64,000 nt of DNA, from NCBI GenBank assembly GCA_963822405.1, contig CAWGHH010000002.1, forward strand, positions 266,766 to 330,765, written 5' to 3'. A program made the translations under genes and the position numbers. Shown in pieces: positions 9,075-18,206 of this stretch. This stretch comes from Candidatus Uhrbacteria bacterium (GTDB lineage: Bacteria; Patescibacteriota; Patescibacteriia; UBA9934). Position 1 is the first letter of the stretch. Every line of letters begins with the position of its first letter. Below the pieces are notes generated by a model. It was not told the DNA's origin. It was given only the letters and a program-made list of their open reading frames with translations, and ran no database searches.

Positions 9075-10968
9075 CGATCCAGGGATTTTTGGTCTGGGCG
9101 AAACGCCGGGCAACTGGGGCATTTCTGGTCCTGGAAATGTTGATGACGTCATGGCCGATCCGCAATCAGCGCTCTCTCGCTCAACTGTTGGTTCGCCAAT
9201 TGAGAGGCGTAGATTTCTTTGGGGTGTAGCGGCTTTTTGTCTGGTCTCAATATTATTCGTTGGTAAGAGCGCGTACCTCCAAATTTTGAACGGCGCTCAT
9301 TATCGCGCCCTAGCTGAGGCGAACAGGATTCGCACCTACACCATTCCTTCACATCGTGGGATTCTGACGGATCGTAACGACATCCCGTTGGCGGAAAATC
9401 TTCCGTCTTTTAGATTGGTTGGTTTTGCCTCTGCTTTGCCAAAAGATTCAATTGGTTGGAATTGGCCTTTCATCACTACTCGAAATGATATTTTTGTCGA
9501 AGCAGCTGAAACCTTCGGTCTTAAAGTTGAAGATATAGCAAAAGCCGCAAAAGATGCCGGTAATGTAGAAGAAATTTTGCTAGCCAAAGATTTGCCGTAT
9601 GAAAAAGTTTTAGCTTTCATGGGGTCAGGAAAAACGATTGCCGGTTTGTCCGTTGAGCTTGCTGAAGAACGAGGTTATCCAACGGACGCCATCCCTTCGC
9701 TTTCTCACGTTATTGGATACACTTCGGGAGTGAGTGAGAAAGAATACGCCGTGTTAAAAGATGAAGGTTATCGGTCTTTTGATACCGTAGGCAAGCAAGG
9801 AGTTGAGTCTTCCCATGAAGCAGATCTTCGAGGGACTTTTGGTGAAGACGTATTTGAGGTAAACGCTCAAGGCGCTCCTCTTAGAATTCTTTCGCATACA
9901 GATCCAGTTGACGGTAAAAATTTAAAACTAACTATTGACGCTCGGTTGCAGGCCTACACAGAACTTGTGCTGGCCGAGAAACTTAAAACTAGATCTGTAA
10001 AACGAGCCGCAGTAGTAGCTATTAATCCACAAAATGGGGAAGTGCTCGCTCTTGTTTCTTATCCATCTTTTGATGCAAACGATTTTTCAAAGGGAATTTC
10101 GCAGGACGAGTATGACAAGCTTGTCAATGATCCGAATGCCCCATTATTCCCCAGGGCAACCGCCGGCACGTATCCATCGGGCTCGACTATCAAACCATTT
10201 TTCGCTACGGCTGCCCTCACCGAAGGAATCATCACTCCGCAGACAACATTTTTGTCGACTGGTGGCCTGCAGCTTGGTGATCGCTTCTTCCCTGATTGGC
10301 GACCAGGCGGTCACGGTATTACGAATGTCTATCACGCAATTGCTGATTCAGTGAACACCTTCTTTTACATGATCGGTGGAGGCAACGAATCATTCAAGGG
10401 TCTTGGTATTGAAAAGCTGATGGACTGGGCTAGAAGGTTCGGGCTTGGTCGAAAAACAGGAATCGATCTACCCGGTGAAGCTGACGGTTTCTTGCCGAGT
10501 AAAGAATGGAAGCAGGAGGCGAAGGGCGAGCCATGGTATATCGGCGACACTTACAACGCTTCTATCGGCCAAGGCGATATTCTAGTTACTCCATTACAAA
10601 TGGCTCGAGCCACGGCTGTTGTTGCTAACGGCGGACTCTTGGTGAATCCTCATCTCGTTATTGGGGGCGATACTTCTTCAGTCAGAGTAGCTGACGAGAA
10701 AATCGAAACAGTTGTTCGGGATGCCATGCGCACCACGGTGACAAACGGTACGGCTAGCTCGCTCCAATCATTACCAGTGCCAGCAGCCGGTAAAACGGGT
10801 ACCGCCCAATGGAACTCAGCCAAGGTTCCGCACTCCTGGTTTACCGGTTTTGCCCCCTTTGATAACCCAACTATCGTTATTGCCGTAATCATTGAAGAAG
10901 GCGGGGATGCTACCCTGGCCACGCCGGTCGCCAGGGAAATACTTCAGTGGTACTTGACGCCTCGCTAA
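9052..10968 (+). CDS. mrdA: Penicillin-binding protein 2
   Basis: RGILTDRN, GSTIKP (SxxK), SVN (SxN), KTGTAQ (KTG). Confidence 0.95.
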   Translation: MKSTRNDNDPGIFGLGETPGNWGISGPGNVDDVMADPQSALSRSTVGSPIERRRFLWGVAAFCLVSILFVGKSAYLQILNGAHYRALAEANRIRTYTIPSHRGILTDRNDIPLAENLPSFRLVGFASALPKDSIGWNWPFITTRNDIFVEAAETFGLKVEDIAKAAKDAGNVEEILLAKDLPYEKVLAFMGSGKTIAGLSVELAEERGYPTDAIPSLSHVIGYTSGVSEKEYAVLKDEGYRSFDTVGKQGVESSHEADLRGTFGEDVFEVNAQGAPLRILSHTDPVDGKNLKLTIDARLQAYTELVLAEKLKTRSVKRAAVVAINPQNGEVLALVSYPSFDANDFSKGISQDEYDKLVNDPNAPLFPRATAGTYPSGSTIKPFFATAALTEGIITPQTTFLSTGGLQLGDRFFPDWRPGGHGITNVYHAIADSVNTFFYMIGGGNESFKGLGIEKLMDWARRFGLGRKTGIDLPGEADGFLPSKEWKQEAKGEPWYIGDTYNASIGQGDILVTPLQMARATAVVANGGLLVNPHLVIGGDTSSVRVADEKIETVVRDAMRTTVTNGTASSLQSLPVPAAGKTGTAQWNSAKVPHSWFTGFAPFDNPTIVIAVIIEEGGDATLATPVAREILQWYLTPR

Positions 10969-11045
10969 CCTGGGGCATAATGGTTCCATAACGCGAAACC
11001 ACTTGAGCCGACTCTGTTGGCGGTGGGCGCGTCTTTTCTTCATTT

Positions 11046-11507
11046 ATGGAAAACCACGCTACGTACATTTCTGCAACCGGGCTGGCTGATATCACTAAGG
11101 AACTGGCCCAGCGAATCAAAGTAACCAGACCAGAAATTGCCCAGCGTATTAGTGAGGCTAAAGAAATGGGCGATCTATCAGAAAACTTTGCGTATCATGA
11201 AGCCCGTGAACAGCAAGGTTTGAATGAAAGCCGAATTATTGAAATCACTGACATCCTGTCTACGGCTGTTGTAGTCGAAGAAAAGAAAGGCGGCAGTATT
11301 GGTCTTGGTTCATCCTTCAAGGTAAAGATCGATGGCAAAGAAAAGACATATGAGGTTGTTGGCGAAAATGAGGCCAACCCAATGGAGGGAAAAATCAGCA
11401 ATGTTTCACCGCTTGGTAGTGCTTTTCTTGGTAAGGGCGTAGGCGAGATCGTAGAAGCCAAAGTTCCTTCCGGCACCATGACGTACGAAATTATTTCTAT
11501 TGAATAA
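11046..11507 (+). CDS. greA: Transcription elongation factor GreA
   Basis: GDLSENFAYHEA, ISNVSPLGSAFLG. Confidence 0.96.
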   Translation: MENHATYISATGLADITKELAQRIKVTRPEIAQRISEAKEMGDLSENFAYHEAREQQGLNESRIIEITDILSTAVVVEEKKGGSIGLGSSFKVKIDGKEKTYEVVGENEANPMEGKISNVSPLGSAFLGKGVGEIVEAKVPSGTMTYEIISIE

Positions 11508-11511
11508 GTGT

Positions 11512-13002
11512 ATGACCCGCGAAGAACAAGACCGGCTTACTCGGTTACAGTCTCTTGCGACGAATAACGTGAACGCCTATCCGGATAACGCCGGACGAAC
11601 ACACTTAGTGGCTGACGCTCTAGCATCTTTCGAGTCACTCGAAAAATCCGAAGAGACCATTGTGGTCTGTGGTCGAGCCATGGCCATTCGGGATATCGGC
11701 GCGCTGTCATTTCTCAAATTACAGGACGACTCTGGCGTGATGCAGGTGGTTCTTCGTAAGGCTGACCTTGAGGCTGACTACAGTTTCTTTTTGTCACATG
11801 CTGACGTTGGTGACATTCTTGAAGCTAAGGGTCGGGCGTATGTGACGAAGACGGGCGAAAAGTCCGTCTTGGTAACTTCGATCAGAATTTTGTCCAAAGC
11901 TCTAAAACCGTTGCCAGAAAAGTGGCACGGTTTGTCTGACGTTGAAACCCGCTACCGCGAACGCGAGCTTGATCTAATCGTAAACCCGGCGGTTCGGGAA
12001 CGTTTCCGTATCCGCTCAAAGATCGTCTCTGGAATGCGCGCTTTCTTAGATACTAGAGGATTCCTGGAGGTTGAAACACCAATGTTGCAACCTATTCCTG
12101 GTGGCGCAAATGCTCGTCCGTTCGTTACGCATCACAACGCGCTCGGGGCAGATTTATTTCTACGCATCGCTCCTGAGCTCTACTTGAAGCGTTTGGTGGT
12201 TGGTGGCTTCGAAAAGATTTACGAAATCGGTCGTTGTTTCCGTAATGAAGGAATTGATTACTCGCACAATCCAGAATTCACCATGCTTGAGCTCTATTGG
12301 GCTTATGTCAATAAGGACGCATTCATTTCGTTCATGGAAGAATTGCTGGTGACAGTGATTGCCGAAAGTCTCGGCACATTAAAAGTCACGACGAGTGAAG
12401 AAGGAAGATCGATTGATTTCACTGGTCCGTGGCCACGTAAAACTTTTCGCGAAGCAATCTTGGAAGCTTGCGGAATTGATATTGACGAACTAGCTACGGT
12501 TGCCGATGTAAAGGCTGCAGTCAAAGCGAAGAAAGTTAAAGTAGATTTCGCAAAGTGCGTTGGCCTCGGTGAACACTTGGACGAGCTCTGGAAGAAAACT
12601 GCTCGACCAAAGATTACGAATCCAGTTTGGATTTTTGACTACCCGGTCGATCTCAAGCCACTCGCAAAAACTCATCCAGTCGACAAAACAAAAAGCTCAA
12701 CTGTTCAATTAGTAATTGAAGGCGCCGAAGTTATTAACGCGTATTATCACGAGCTTAATGATCCGATTGACCAACGTGCTCGGTTCGTCGCTCAGGAAAC
12801 TTTGCGTGAGCAGGGAAGTGAGGAGGCTCAACACTTGGACGAGGCATTCCTGTCGGCCCTTGAACACGCCATGCCACCAACGAGTGGTTTTGGCATCGGT
12901 ATTGATCGATTCATCGCTTTCTTGACCGGTGTGCCAAACTTAAAAGAAGTTATTCTGTTCCCAACTCTTAAACCGGACACCGGACAACGGAAACCGGAAT
13001 AA
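11512..13002 (+). CDS. lysS: Lysine-tRNA ligase (class II)
   Basis: PLPEKWHGL, GGANARPF, RIAPELYLKRL, FRNEG, GIGIDR. Confidence 0.97.
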   Translation: MTREEQDRLTRLQSLATNNVNAYPDNAGRTHLVADALASFESLEKSEETIVVCGRAMAIRDIGALSFLKLQDDSGVMQVVLRKADLEADYSFFLSHADVGDILEAKGRAYVTKTGEKSVLVTSIRILSKALKPLPEKWHGLSDVETRYRERELDLIVNPAVRERFRIRSKIVSGMRAFLDTRGFLEVETPMLQPIPGGANARPFVTHHNALGADLFLRIAPELYLKRLVVGGFEKIYEIGRCFRNEGIDYSHNPEFTMLELYWAYVNKDAFISFMEELLVTVIAESLGTLKVTTSEEGRSIDFTGPWPRKTFREAILEACGIDIDELATVADVKAAVKAKKVKVDFAKCVGLGEHLDELWKKTARPKITNPVWIFDYPVDLKPLAKTHPVDKTKSSTVQLVIEGAEVINAYYHELNDPIDQRARFVAQETLREQGSEEAQHLDEAFLSALEHAMPPTSGFGIGIDRFIAFLTGVPNLKEVILFPTLKPDTGQRKPE

Positions 13003-13004
13003 AT

Positions 13005-13406
13005 ATGAAGACCGTCCTAATATTTGGTTCGTTTGACGGGATTCATCCCGGTCATGAGTTCATGATGAAACAGGCTAGACGGCACGGCGAACGGGTCGTC
13101 GCGGCTCTGGCGCCGGACAATGTTATCGAGCGCCTGAAGGGACGCATGCCAAAGTATTTATTCGAGGAACGCCGGGACTCGTTAGCCGTTAGTGGACTAG
13201 TCGACGAAATTACTACCAGTGATAAAGACGAGGGTTCGTACCGAGTAGTTGGCCGAGTTCAGCCAGATGTTGTCGCGTTCGGCTATGATCAAGACGCCCT
13301 CAAAGAAAGTTTTTTGAAGTTTCTTGAAAGAACAGGCAAACAGATAAAAGTTGTCACTCTTCCATCTTTTGAACCAGAGAAATACAAGTCATCAAAACTA
13401 GTATGA
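13005..13406 (+). CDS. Cytidylyl/adenylyltransferase (RibL/TagD-like)
   Basis: FGSFDGIHPGH (HxGH), FGYDQ, YKSSKL. Confidence 0.85.
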   Translation: MKTVLIFGSFDGIHPGHEFMMKQARRHGERVVAALAPDNVIERLKGRMPKYLFEERRDSLAVSGLVDEITTSDKDEGSYRVVGRVQPDVVAFGYDQDALKESFLKFLERTGKQIKVVTLPSFEPEKYKSSKLV

Positions 13407-14668
13407 TCGACATGAAATTGTTCCGTGAGAATCCAAACTCTTTCCGTGATGCCTCACGCGCTAAGAATATTGAAATCGATGTTGATCGAATTCTTGAACT
13501 CGATCGTCGCGTTCGCCTCTTGAAGACTGAACTTGAAGGTATCAGCGCTCAGAAGAACAATGTTTCAAAGCTCATTCCAAAGGCTTCGGCTGACGAGCGT
13601 AAACAGTTGATCGAAGAAATGCGCGGAGTCGACGGTCGAGCCGACAAGCTCGCCTCAGAACTCGCCCCAATCGAAACTGAACTCGAGGATTTGCTTTATC
13701 ACATCCCGAACCCTTCTCTCTCTGACGTTAAAATTGGTAAGAGCGAAGATGAAAATGAAGTCTTGCGCGAGGTCGGCGAAAAGCCGGTTTTCGATTTTCC
13801 GATTAAGGATCATCTTGAACTCGGCGAGGCGTTGGGCATTATCAACGTTGAGCAAGCTGCAAAGGTTAGTGCGTCTAGATTCAACTATTTTATCGGCGAC
13901 GGAGCCATGCTTGCGTATGCAATTCAGCAGTACGCTATGGGCGCCGCAATGAAGAAAGGCTTTGTGCCAGTTGTTGTTCCACACCTGGTGAACGCGCACA
14001 CCATGCGTGCAATGGGCTACCTCGAACATGGGGGACACGATGAGATTTACTACTTTCCGAAAGATAACTTGTATTTGATCGGCACAGCCGAACAGCCACT
14101 TGGCGGTTTGCACATGGATCAAATGCTGAGCGAAAAAGAATTACCACTTCGCTACGTTGGTCTCTCAACTGCGTTCCGTCGCGAAGCCGGTAGTTACGGT
14201 AAGGACACAAAGGGTATCATCCGCATGCACGAATTCCAGAAGGTCGAAATGTTCAGCTGGACCACTCCCGAAAACTCAGACGCAGAACACGAACTATTGT
14301 TGTCGATCGAGGAAGATCTAGTAAAGGGCCTTGGCGTGCCATACCGTGTTATCAAGCAATGTACCGGTGACCTTGGTCTCCCAGCTGCTCGAAAGTATGA
14401 CATCGAATCCTGGATGCCGACCCAGAATACGTATCGCGAGACGCATTCGACTAGCACCTGCACAGACTTCCAATCCCGTCGCTTGAACACCCGCTACAAG
14501 AATGGGGAAGGGGAGACAAAACTAGTCCATACGCTTAACGGCACCGCGTTCGCTATTGGCCGGATCATGGCCGTCATTCTAGAAAACTTCCAGAATGCAG
14601 ACGGATCAGTAACTATTCCTGAAGCCTTGAGACCATTTATGGGAGGGAAGTCGGTTCTAAAGAAATAG
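13403..14668 (+). CDS. serS: Serine-tRNA ligase
   Basis: GTAEQP, FRREAGSYGKDTKGIIRMHEFQKVE, HTLNGT. Confidence 0.97.
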   Translation: MIDMKLFRENPNSFRDASRAKNIEIDVDRILELDRRVRLLKTELEGISAQKNNVSKLIPKASADERKQLIEEMRGVDGRADKLASELAPIETELEDLLYHIPNPSLSDVKIGKSEDENEVLREVGEKPVFDFPIKDHLELGEALGIINVEQAAKVSASRFNYFIGDGAMLAYAIQQYAMGAAMKKGFVPVVVPHLVNAHTMRAMGYLEHGGHDEIYYFPKDNLYLIGTAEQPLGGLHMDQMLSEKELPLRYVGLSTAFRREAGSYGKDTKGIIRMHEFQKVEMFSWTTPENSDAEHELLLSIEEDLVKGLGVPYRVIKQCTGDLGLPAARKYDIESWMPTQNTYRETHSTSTCTDFQSRRLNTRYKNGEGETKLVHTLNGTAFAIGRIMAVILENFQNADGSVTIPEALRPFMGGKSVLKK

Positions 14669-14676
14669 TATTGTCA

Positions 14677-14777
14677 GTCATTGCGAGGGATCTCCGTAGC
14701 TTTGAGCAAAGGAGATGCCCGAAGCAACCTCACGAGATTGCTTCGACCCAGCTGGATACAGCTGGTCTCGCAAAGAC
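14677..14777. repeat. ~100-bp nested palindromic repeat, copy 2 (serS-alr intergenic)
   Basis: GTCATTGCGAGGGATCTCCGTAGC...GAAGCAACCTCACGAGATTGCTTC...CTCGCAAAGAC, matches 2876-2977. Confidence 0.9.
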
Positions 14778-14787
14778 GGAAAAAATT

Positions 14788-15933
14788 ATGCATCACCGAA
14801 CTTGGGTTGAAATCAGTGGCCCGGCGCTTCAGCATAATGTTTCGGAGCTGAAACGAACGCTGAATCCCGGCGTTCGTTTTTGTGCGATCGTAAAAGCGAA
14901 CGCGTATGGGCATGGTTTGGCCGAGGTCATATCGATTCTCAAGAACGAAGAGGTCGAACTTTTCGGCGTCGATTCCGTTGACGAAGCACTAACCGTGCGT
15001 GCACTCTGCCCAGAAGCAACAATTTTTGTCATGGGCGCAACTATTCCCGAGCGGCTCGCCGACATTGTCAGAGGTCGAATGATCCAAATGGTTTCCGGTG
15101 TCGCCGAGCTCAAAGCAATCCGCGAGGTTGCGCGCGAGTTACATTTGCCAGCAATGATCACGCTTGAGATCGAAACCGGACTACATCGGCTGGGCACGGA
15201 AGGCAGGGAACTGGCCGCTATACTCGACGAACTGAAATTTTCGTGCGGACTCGTCTACGTCGTCAGCGTCGCCTCGCATCTCTCGAGCGCCGAGGATCAA
15301 TCGTTGGCTCGCATCACCACCGGTCAGTACGACAAGTTTTGGAAGGCCGTCAGCGACATAACCGCAAAAGGCCATCAGCCAGAGCATCTACACATTGCTT
15401 GCTCGGCCGCGGGCATCATGCATGAGCTCGACCATGGGACACATGTAAGATTCGGGATCAATATGTACGGCCTATGGCCTTCAAGCGACGTCAAACGAGC
15501 AGGAACACTCGGCAAACGCCATGCTGATGTTAAGCCGGTGCTTTCGTGGAAGACATCAATTGCTCAAGTCAAAGAAGTCCATCCCGGCGACGCCATTGGT
15601 TACGGTCCAACAGTTATTGTAAATCGGCTAACTCGCGTAGCCGTCCTGCCGGTCGGGTACTACGACGGTTTTGACCGAGGATTTTCGAATATTAGCGCTG
15701 TTGTTATTCACGGGGTTCGTTGTCCCGTACTTGGTCGCGTGTGCATGAACATGACCATGGTGGACGTGTCGGCAGTTCCTGGAGTTCTTTCCTCGCAAAC
15801 TCCCGTGACTCTCCTTGGTCGCGACGGCGTACAGACAATTACCGCTGACGAACTGGCCGAGAAAATTGGAACGATCAACTACGAGGTCGTCACGCGCATT
15901 AATCCACTTCTCCCACGGGTTATAGTAAGTTAA
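14788..15933 (+). CDS. alr: Alanine racemase
   Basis: VKANAYGHG (PLP Lys), ETGLHRLG, VGYYDG, GRVCMN, GTINYEV; true start downstream of the repeat. Confidence 0.96.
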   Translation: MHHRTWVEISGPALQHNVSELKRTLNPGVRFCAIVKANAYGHGLAEVISILKNEEVELFGVDSVDEALTVRALCPEATIFVMGATIPERLADIVRGRMIQMVSGVAELKAIREVARELHLPAMITLEIETGLHRLGTEGRELAAILDELKFSCGLVYVVSVASHLSSAEDQSLARITTGQYDKFWKAVSDITAKGHQPEHLHIACSAAGIMHELDHGTHVRFGINMYGLWPSSDVKRAGTLGKRHADVKPVLSWKTSIAQVKEVHPGDAIGYGPTVIVNRLTRVAVLPVGYYDGFDRGFSNISAVVIHGVRCPVLGRVCMNMTMVDVSAVPGVLSSQTPVTLLGRDGVQTITADELAEKIGTINYEVVTRINPLLPRVIVS

Positions 15934-15942
15934 AATTATTTC

Positions 15943-16812
15943 ATGCGTGATTTTTTTAGAGCCTCAATTGCGAAGGGGAGGGAAGAGCAGGGGAGAGCCA
16001 ATCCCCTATTCCCAACTCCTAAAATCCCGCGCTGGAAACGGTTACTTTTCGGCTCGGCAATAATTATTGTTCCTTTTGGTGGCGGATATTTTGGGGTTCG
16101 TGCTTTGTCACAGCCACAGTTCATCCTCTCGAACATTGAAATCTCGGGTAACGCCTGTCTTGATCAAAGCGTGGTCAAAAAAGAAATTGATTCTGCCCTT
16201 GCAGAGCGTGCAGGCCTATTTTTTACTCGAGCTAATACCCTACTCTTTAATTCTAAAGTTTTTGCCGATCGATTAATGAGCGCCCTCCCTATCGATCACA
16301 TTGAAACAACAGTCAGTGGCAATACACTTCATGTAGCTATTCAAGAAGAAGTTGTCATGGTTCTAATTCATTCGTCTGATAGTTGGCTTCTATCTGACCT
16401 CGACGGTCACATTCTGCGATCACTTTCGACCGATGAAATTGCCCTAATCGACTCGCCGACCGATGGCGTGTCACTACCCTTCGATAAAATTCCAAAAATT
16501 TTACTAAGCGAATCGCTACCTGCTGATTTCAAAGAGGTTGTTTATCCGGCAAATAGACTGAACGCTTTGGGCGAACTTGATAAAAGCTTGCGATTGCTTG
16601 GTCTGACGCCAGATCGATACATGCTCGAAAAACGTAAGGATACTTGGCTGACGGTCACTACAAAAGAAAAGCCATATCTCCTGTACTTTGACTTAGAAAA
16701 CCCTTTATCTTCGCAAATAAAGATCCTTTCATCTATTCTTAGTCAAAAAGAGGAAGTGCCCGGAGTATCATATATTGATCTGCGGTTTGGCAATCGCGTT
16801 TACATGAAGTAA
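15943..16812 (+). CDS. FtsQ/DivIB-like cell division protein
   Basis: N-terminal TM, POTRA-like IEISGN, C-terminal YIDLRFGNRVY. Confidence 0.75.
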   Translation: MRDFFRASIAKGREEQGRANPLFPTPKIPRWKRLLFGSAIIIVPFGGGYFGVRALSQPQFILSNIEISGNACLDQSVVKKEIDSALAERAGLFFTRANTLLFNSKVFADRLMSALPIDHIETTVSGNTLHVAIQEEVVMVLIHSSDSWLLSDLDGHILRSLSTDEIALIDSPTDGVSLPFDKIPKILLSESLPADFKEVVYPANRLNALGELDKSLRLLGLTPDRYMLEKRKDTWLTVTTKEKPYLLYFDLENPLSSQIKILSSILSQKEEVPGVSYIDLRFGNRVYMK

Positions 16813-16823
16813 AGTAAAAAAGT

Positions 16824-17192
16824 ATGAACGAGTTTGTTCTTCTACCGGCCGGTTATTCTGAAGATCGTCCGTGGGGACAGTTTATTGTGTTAGAAGATAC
16901 GCCCAGCCATAAAGTGAAGCGGCTCATCCTTCATCCTGGCAAGCGCATCTCATATCAACGACACACGCAACGAACCGAACATTGGGTGGTCATTGCCGGC
17001 ATTGCGGATATCACGATAGACGACGTAACAAGCCGGCAAATTCCCGGCGACACAATTCTCATCGTCCAAGGCTCCAAGCACCGACTCGCAAATCCCGGCG
17101 ACGAGCCACTCATGGTGATCGAGGTACAGCGCGGTACGTATTTTGGCGAAGACGACATAGAAAGATTTGATGACGATTTTGGCAGAAAATAA
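16824..17192 (+). CDS. Mannose-6-phosphate isomerase type II C-terminal cupin
   Basis: RPWG, SYQRH..RTEHW, IEVQRGTYFGEDDIERF. Confidence 0.92.
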   Translation: MNEFVLLPAGYSEDRPWGQFIVLEDTPSHKVKRLILHPGKRISYQRHTQRTEHWVVIAGIADITIDDVTSRQIPGDTILIVQGSKHRLANPGDEPLMVIEVQRGTYFGEDDIERFDDDFGRK

Positions 17193-17228
17193 CGACCGAT
17201 TTAAATGCGCTAGGTTAAACCATAGGTA
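17193..17228. repeat. 36-bp direct repeat, copy 1
   Basis: CGACCGATTTAAATGCGCTAGGTTAAACCATAGGTA; 33/36 identical to 18161-18196. Confidence 0.85.
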
Positions 17229-17231
17229 CAT

Positions 17232-17705
17232 ATGCACCCCTTAGAACAAAACTCTGCACCAGCCTTTTCTCTGATCGACCAGGACGGCAAGACACACACC
17301 TTCGACATGTATAAAAATAAATGGATCGTCCTATATTTTTATCCAAAGGACATGACGCCTGGCTGTACGGTAGAAGCCTGTTCCTTCCGCGACACTTATG
17401 GAGACCTCACGGCACGTGGCGCAATAGTCCTAGGCGTATCCGGAGACGATCAATCCAGCCACGGAAAGTTTGCCTCAAAGCACAAGCTAAAATTTCCGTT
17501 ACTCGTTGACACTGATAATCTAGTTGCTAAAGCCTACGGTGCATATGGACAGAAGAAATTCATGGGCCGTAATTTTGAAGGTACTTACCGTAATACCTAT
17601 CTTATCGATCAGAAGGGAACGATTAAGAAAGTTTACCAAGGCGTAAAACCTGCTGAACATGTTCATGAAGTATTAGAAGACCTCAAGATGTTCCAAAGTG
17701 AATAA
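17232..17705 (+). CDS. bcp: Thioredoxin-dependent peroxiredoxin Bcp
   Basis: YFYPKDMTPGCTVEACSFRD. Confidence 0.95.
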   Translation: MHPLEQNSAPAFSLIDQDGKTHTFDMYKNKWIVLYFYPKDMTPGCTVEACSFRDTYGDLTARGAIVLGVSGDDQSSHGKFASKHKLKFPLLVDTDNLVAKAYGAYGQKKFMGRNFEGTYRNTYLIDQKGTIKKVYQGVKPAEHVHEVLEDLKMFQSE

Positions 17706-17726
17706 ACTGGTAGGGGAGTGAAAAAC

Positions 17727-17758
17727 AAAAAACAGCGCCTTAACCGGTCGCTGTTTTT
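17727..17758. terminator. Bidirectional intrinsic terminator
   Basis: AAAAACAGCG-N-CGCTGTTTTT. Confidence 0.85.
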
Positions 17759-18160
17759 GGTATGAATACTGATCCGTAAACAATTCTCCGATCAAATGTA
17801 AAAACACGAAAAACATAGATAGCTCCAAACTGTCAGCGAACGCTCGTACGACAAAACTTCATATACATAGAGAGTGGGGGATTTGAGTTTGAACGGTAAC
17901 TCGGATCGCCACGGCTATATTGACCATGATTGACTATGTTGCGTGGCGTCGCACAATATATCTTCTACGACGCATGTGTGTTAAAACTATTGAATACACT
18001 CACTAGTCGTATCACAACATCCTTACCAACATATCAACCAAGCAACATTCCCTGTACACAGTAACTGCTCGACAAACGAATTACTTTACTCGTTATCTAT
18101 ACAGATCCGGGTCTTTTCGCGAAGCAATCATCAGTCGATATACATAACGACCAAAATACC

Positions 18161-18196
18161 CGACCGATTTAAATGCGCTGTGTTAAACCATGGGTA
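18161..18196. repeat. 36-bp direct repeat, copy 2
   Basis: CGACCGATTTAAATGCGCTGTGTTAAACCATGGGTA. Confidence 0.85.
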
Positions 18197-18206
18197 TGAT
18201 ACACCT

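Noticed and set aside
14671-14787. N-terminal extension of Alr, and ORFs 2750-2950 and 14674-14913
   Set aside because: These are read-throughs of the palindromic repeat; Alr homology starts at ATG 14788.
17193-18196. CRISPR array (36-bp repeats, Cas2-like gene in the window)
   Set aside because: Only two copies, 968 bp apart with a gene between them; no regular spacers and no cas1.
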